From Nitrospiraceae bacterium (GTDB taxonomy: Bacteria > Nitrospirota > Nitrospiria > Nitrospirales > Nitrospiraceae), in contig JBFWWG010000001.1 in the NCBI GenBank assembly GCA_050246315.1, forward strand, positions 352,001-416,000: 64,000 bases of DNA. Reading direction: 5' to 3'. Every line of letters starts with the position of its first letter. Positions within the stretch are counted from its first letter, which is position 1. Of this stretch, positions 57,325 through 64,000 are shown one piece after another. Below the pieces are notes generated by a model. That model did not search any database. It was not told the DNA's origin and saw only the letters and a list, made by a program, of their open reading frames with translations. Position numbers and translations under genes: made by a program.

Positions 57325-59799
57325 TCAGGCGTTGCCGCCGGCATCCTCGCTCTCTTCCTCGCGATCGACGACCTCGGCCAGCCGCGCGACGCTGGCGACG
57401 CGGTCATCACTCCCTTCCAAATCCAGGAGGCGCACGCCCTGCGTGTTCCGGCCGATTTCTCGAATGTCGTCCACCTTGCAGCGCAGGACCTTTCCATGCG
57501 CCGTCATCACCATCACCTCGTCGCCGTCTCGCACCTGGAGAAAGCCGACGGCTAAGCCGTTGCGCTCGGTCGTTTTGATACTGATGATGCCCTTGCCACC
57601 GCGGCCTTGGATGCGATACTCCGTCACCGGCGTCCGCTTCCCATACCCGCCTTCCGTGACGGTCATGATCGCGGTGGTGGAATCCGGCGTGATCGTCTCC
57701 ATGCCGATCACTTCGTCGCCTTCCTCCAGCGTGATGCCCTTGACCCCGTAGGCCGTGCGGCCCATCGGGCGGGCCTCCTCTTCCTTGAATCGAATCGTGA
57801 TGCCCCGGCGCGTGCCGATCAGGATCTCGCGCTGCCCATCGGTGATGTCCACCGCGATCAGCCGATCGCCCTTCTCCAACCCCAGCGCGATGATACCGCC
57901 TTGGCGCGGGTTGCTGAAGGCCGACAGCTCCGTCTTTTTGACGATACCTTGCTTGGTGGCCATCACGACGAACCGGTCATCCCGGAAGTCCTTCACGGCC
58001 ACCGTCGCCGTCACCTTCTCGTCGGAGGCGAGCGCAAGCAGGTTGACCAGTGCCTTGCCCTTGGCGGCCCGGCTGGCTTCCGGGACCTCGTGCACCTTGA
58101 GCCAATAGACCTTGCCCGCGTCCGTGAAGAACAGGAGGTATTCGTGGGTCGAGGCGGTGAACAATGTTTCGACGAAGTCCTCTTCCTTCACCCCCATCCC
58201 GATCTTGCCTTTGCCGCCGCGACGCTGCGCTCGATAGAGCGAGACCGCGTTGCGTTTGATGTAGCCGGCGTGCGTAATCGTCACGGCCACTTCCTCTTCC
58301 GCGATCAAGTCCTCGACATTGATTTCGGCGGCCTCCGCCACGATCTGCGTGCGCCGCTGATCCTGATATTCCTCTTTGAGCTCGGTCAATTCGTCCTTGA
58401 TGATCTTCCGGACCAGCGCCTCGCTGGCCAACACGGATTTCAGGTACTCGATACGCTTGAGCGTCTCGGTGTACTCTTCGATGAGCTTGTCCCGCTCCAA
58501 CTGCGTGAGCCGCTGCAGGCGCATCTCCAGGATCGCCGTGGCTTGGATCTCCGAGAGGCTGAAGCTCCGCATCAATCCCCCGCGGGCCTCGTCCGGCGAG
58601 GCGGCCCGGCGGATCAACGTGATGACCGCATCCAGATGGTCCAACGCGATTTTGAGCCCTTCCAGAATGTGCGCCCGCTCCTCCGCCTTCCGCAACTCGT
58701 AGGTCGTGCGCCGCACGACGACTTCGCGCCGATGTTCGACGAAGTGTTCGAGGATCTGCTTGAGATTGAGAACCTCGGGACGATTCCGCACCAGCGCGAG
58801 CATGATCACGCCGAACGTGGTCTGCATCTGCGTGTGTTTATAGAGGTTGTTCAGCACGACCAGCGGGATCTCGTTGCGCTTCAGTTCGATCACGATCCGA
58901 TAGCCATCGCGGTCCGATTCGTCGCGCAGGTCCGAAATGCCCTCGATCCGCTTCTCCTGGATCAGCTCCGCGATCTTTTCGATGAGCTTGGCCTTGTTGA
59001 CCTGAAAAGGAATTTCCGTGACGATGATGCGCTCCCGTTCGGTCCGTTCGTCCGTCTCGATGACGGCCTTGGCCCGCAAGGTCAGCAGGCCGCGGCCCGT
59101 GTGGTAGGCGTCCTTGATTCCCTGCTTGCCGTAAATGAAGCCGGCGGTGGGGAAATCCGGCCCGGGGATTTTCTTCATCAACTGGTCGATGGTGATCGTG
59201 GGGTCCTCCAGCAGCACCAGCAGGCCGTCGATGACCTCCCTCAGATTGTGCGTCGGGATATTCGTCGCGTAGCCGACTGCGATGCCGCCCGCGCCGTTGA
59301 TAAGTAGGTTCGGCATCTTCGCCGGCAGAACCTTCGGCTCCACGCGCGATTCATCGTAGTTGGGACTGAAATCGACCGTTTCCTTGTCGATATCGACCAG
59401 CATCTCCTCGGCCAGCTTCGTGAGGCGCGCCTCTGTGTACCGCATGGCAGCCGGCGGATCGCCGTCCACCGAGCCGTAGTTGCCCTGCCCGTCCACCAGC
59501 GTGTAGCGCATGTTGAAATCCTGCGCCATCCGGACGAGCGTGTCGTAAATCGCCGCGTCGCCGTGCGGGTGATAGTTCCCCATGATCTCGCCGACGATCT
59601 TGGCGGATTTTCGGTAGGGCCGATTGTGCGCGAGCCCCATCTCGTTCATGCCGAACAGGATGCGGCGGTGCACCGGCTTGAGGCCGTCCCGGACATCGGG
59701 CAGGGCGCGGCCGACGATCACGCTCATGGCGTAATCGAGATAGGACGAGCGCATCTCGTCTTCGATGTTGATCTGGCCTAGGCGCTCATCAATCGGCAT
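57325..59799 (-). CDS. gyrA: DNA gyrase subunit A
   Basis: [29 protein letters not shown], GyrA box QRRGGKG. Confidence 0.98.
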   Translation of the reverse strand: MPIDERLGQINIEDEMRSSYLDYAMSVIVGRALPDVRDGLKPVHRRILFGMNEMGLAHNRPYRKSAKIVGEIMGNYHPHGDAAIYDTLVRMAQDFNMRYTLVDGQGNYGSVDGDPPAAMRYTEARLTKLAEEMLVDIDKETVDFSPNYDESRVEPKVLPAKMPNLLINGAGGIAVGYATNIPTHNLREVIDGLLVLLEDPTITIDQLMKKIPGPDFPTAGFIYGKQGIKDAYHTGRGLLTLRAKAVIETDERTERERIIVTEIPFQVNKAKLIEKIAELIQEKRIEGISDLRDESDRDGYRIVIELKRNEIPLVVLNNLYKHTQMQTTFGVIMLALVRNRPEVLNLKQILEHFVEHRREVVVRRTTYELRKAEERAHILEGLKIALDHLDAVITLIRRAASPDEARGGLMRSFSLSEIQATAILEMRLQRLTQLERDKLIEEYTETLKRIEYLKSVLASEALVRKIIKDELTELKEEYQDQRRTQIVAEAAEINVEDLIAEEEVAVTITHAGYIKRNAVSLYRAQRRGGKGKIGMGVKEEDFVETLFTASTHEYLLFFTDAGKVYWLKVHEVPEASRAAKGKALVNLLALASDEKVTATVAVKDFRDDRFVVMATKQGIVKKTELSAFSNPRQGGIIALGLEKGDRLIAVDITDGQREILIGTRRGITIRFKEEEARPMGRTAYGVKGITLEEGDEVIGMETITPDSTTAIMTVTEGGYGKRTPVTEYRIQGRGGKGIISIKTTERNGLAVGFLQVRDGDEVMVMTAHGKVLRCKVDDIREIGRNTQGVRLLDLEGSDDRVASVARLAEVVDREEESEDAGGNA

Positions 59800-59814
59800 T
59801 CCGACTCCTCGCTA

Positions 59815-59894
59815 GACGTCAATCGTCATCCGTCAACCGTGAAACCTTTCCGGTTCCGTGCCCGTTTGACGAATGACTGTTGACGACTGACGTC
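59815..59894. repeat. Inverted heptamer-repeat hairpin between gyrB and gyrA
   Basis: CGTCAAT-CGTCATC-CGTCAAC ... TTGACG-AATGACT-GTTGACG-ACTGACG. Confidence 0.7.
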
Positions 59895-59897
59895 TTC

Positions 59898-62482
<2,585 letters not shown>

Positions 62483-63607
62483 TCATATCTTGATCGGCAT
62501 CACCACGCATTTGAACCCTGGGCTCTCGCGTTCCTGAATAAGGCAGGGGCTCAGCGGATTATCCATCTGAAGCGAGATCTGCTGTCCGTCCATGACCCCG
62601 AACGCATCAAGCAGATACCGGGCGTTGAACCCGGTGGATAAGGTCTCGCCCTTGTACTCGGCCGGTAATTCCTCGGTGGCCTCTCCGTAGTCGGGATTGT
62701 TGGCAAAGAGCGTGAGCGTGCCGCGCTCAAACGTCACTTTCACGGCGTTGGCCTTGTCGCGCGCCAGCACCGCCACCCTGCGACAGGCCCCTTCGAGCTC
62801 AACCCGGTCGACAAGAATTCGCTTGTCGCTCTCCTTAGGAATAACCTGCTGATAATTCGGATAGTTGCCCTCCATCAGGCTTGATGTGAGCAAGAGGCCG
62901 CTCTTCCGAAAGATCATCAGCTTCTTTGTGAAGCCGATCAGCGGCTCGCCATCTCCGTCTTCCTCCAACAGCCGGCGGATTTCGTGTGCGGCCTTCTTGG
63001 GAATGATCACCTTGATTTCCCGCGGCGCCTCTTTTGATCCTGCGGCAACTTCCTGCTCTGCCACAGCCAACCGATGCCCGTCGGTGCCGACGAGCCGCAA
63101 TGTGGTCTTCTTATCGCCGGTGACTAAGGTGACCAGGAGGCCGTTCAGGATATAGCGGGCATCGTTGTCGCCCGCGGCGAAGAGAGTCTTCCGAATAAGT
63201 TCTAGGAGATTCGAGCTGGTGAGCGGCGTCAGCCCTTCCTTGTCGATGGCTGGCAGGGCTGGATAGTCGCCCGCAGGGAGGCTGACGATCTTGAACTGGC
63301 TTTTACCCGCCTGGATCGTCAGCCAGTTGTTCTCCGCAGTGGCCAACTCGATTTCACCGTCCCGCAATTCCTTGATGATCTCAAACAGTTTGCGGGCCGA
63401 CACCGTGAGCGTCCCGGCTTCGGACACCGTGGCCTTGTAAACCGCCCGCATGCCGATTTCCAGATCTGTTGCGCTGACTTCGATGCCGTCCTGCTTAGCC
63501 TCCAGGAGAATGTTGGAGAGAATCGGCATGGTGTTCCTCTTTTCCACCACACCCTGGACACGTTGCAGGGCAACCAGCAATTCGTCTCGTGAAATCTTGA
63601 CTTTCAT
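62483..63607 (-). CDS. dnaN: DNA polymerase III beta sliding clamp
   Basis: PILSN, ATDLE, GTDGHRLA, GNYPNY, GFNARYL, VVMPI. Confidence 0.97.
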   Translation of the reverse strand: MKVKISRDELLVALQRVQGVVEKRNTMPILSNILLEAKQDGIEVSATDLEIGMRAVYKATVSEAGTLTVSARKLFEIIKELRDGEIELATAENNWLTIQAGKSQFKIVSLPAGDYPALPAIDKEGLTPLTSSNLLELIRKTLFAAGDNDARYILNGLLVTLVTGDKKTTLRLVGTDGHRLAVAEQEVAAGSKEAPREIKVIIPKKAAHEIRRLLEEDGDGEPLIGFTKKLMIFRKSGLLLTSSLMEGNYPNYQQVIPKESDKRILVDRVELEGACRRVAVLARDKANAVKVTFERGTLTLFANNPDYGEATEELPAEYKGETLSTGFNARYLLDAFGVMDGQQISLQMDNPLSPCLIQERESPGFKCVVMPIKI

Positions 63608-63627
63608 CTCTCACTCCCCGCACGCGG

Positions 63628-64000
63628 CTACCCGCGTGTAATTTGCTCCTTCAGCGTTTCCAGCGTCGCCCGCAGGGTCGTGTCGGTCTCCAGCGCTTTC
63701 GCGACCTGTTTGCAGGCATGCATGATTGTCGTGTGGTCCTTGCCGCCGAAGTGGCGCCCGATCTCCGGAAACGACGCATCGGTAAGTTCCCGGCAGAGAT
63801 ACATGGCGATCTGCCTCGGTTGGACGAGCGTCTTGCTCCGTCGGCGCGACTTGAGGTCGGCGATCTTTAGATGGAATCGCCCACTCACAGCCTCCTGGAT
63901 GTCGTCAAGCGCGATGATCTTCTTCTTGTCGCCGATTACGTCGCGCAGCACGGTCTTGGCCATTTCCAACGTGATCGGCTGGGCGGTTAACGAGGAATAG
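63628..64000 (-). CDS. dnaA: Chromosomal replication initiator DnaA (3' part, truncated by the window edge)
   Basis: PRQIAMYL..SFPEIG..FGGKDHTTIMHA domain IV. Confidence 0.96.
   Translation of the reverse strand, partial: YSSLTAQPITLEMAKTVLRDVIGDKKKIIALDDIQEAVSGRFHLKIADLKSRRRSKTLVQPRQIAMYLCRELTDASFPEIGRHFGGKDHTTIMHACKQVAKALETDTTLRATLETLKEQITRG

Noticed and set aside
63608..63627. oriC between dnaA and dnaN
   Set aside because: Only 20 bp and no DnaA boxes; the origin is probably outside the window

Overview
GC-rich bacterial chromosome segment ending next to the replication-origin genes (minus strand: 3' part of dnaA, dnaN, gyrB, gyrA, then a DciA/DUF721-like gene and smpB). This gene order and the gene content suggest Nitrospira/Nitrospirota (inference). 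The other ~55 kb is a patchwork accessory region. It holds a type II restriction-modification pair, a thiol/quinone-stress operon, a debranching enzyme-glucokinase-transketolase block, and an NDH-2 fused to cNMP and CBS domains. It also carries three toxin-antitoxin modules whose toxins are all broken, and a pqqABCDE cluster flanked by a Rieske-flavodoxin fusion, a tetraheme cytochrome, a permease and a PQQ dehydrogenase. Further left are a threonine dehydratase with a leader-peptide attenuator, alkB, a group-2 Mrp operon and NhaP. Non-coding structure is rich. There are two integrase-less integron-like loci (attI-like site, cassettes, attC), at least 8 copies of a modular 170-300 bp MITE-like element at CTAG/TTAA-like sites, and several REP-like palindrome families. 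Several decayed gene relics (sorA/soxC, nhaP, doxX, ndh, debranching enzyme) are not recognisable from the ORF track. All calls come from reading motifs by eye; no searches were run.
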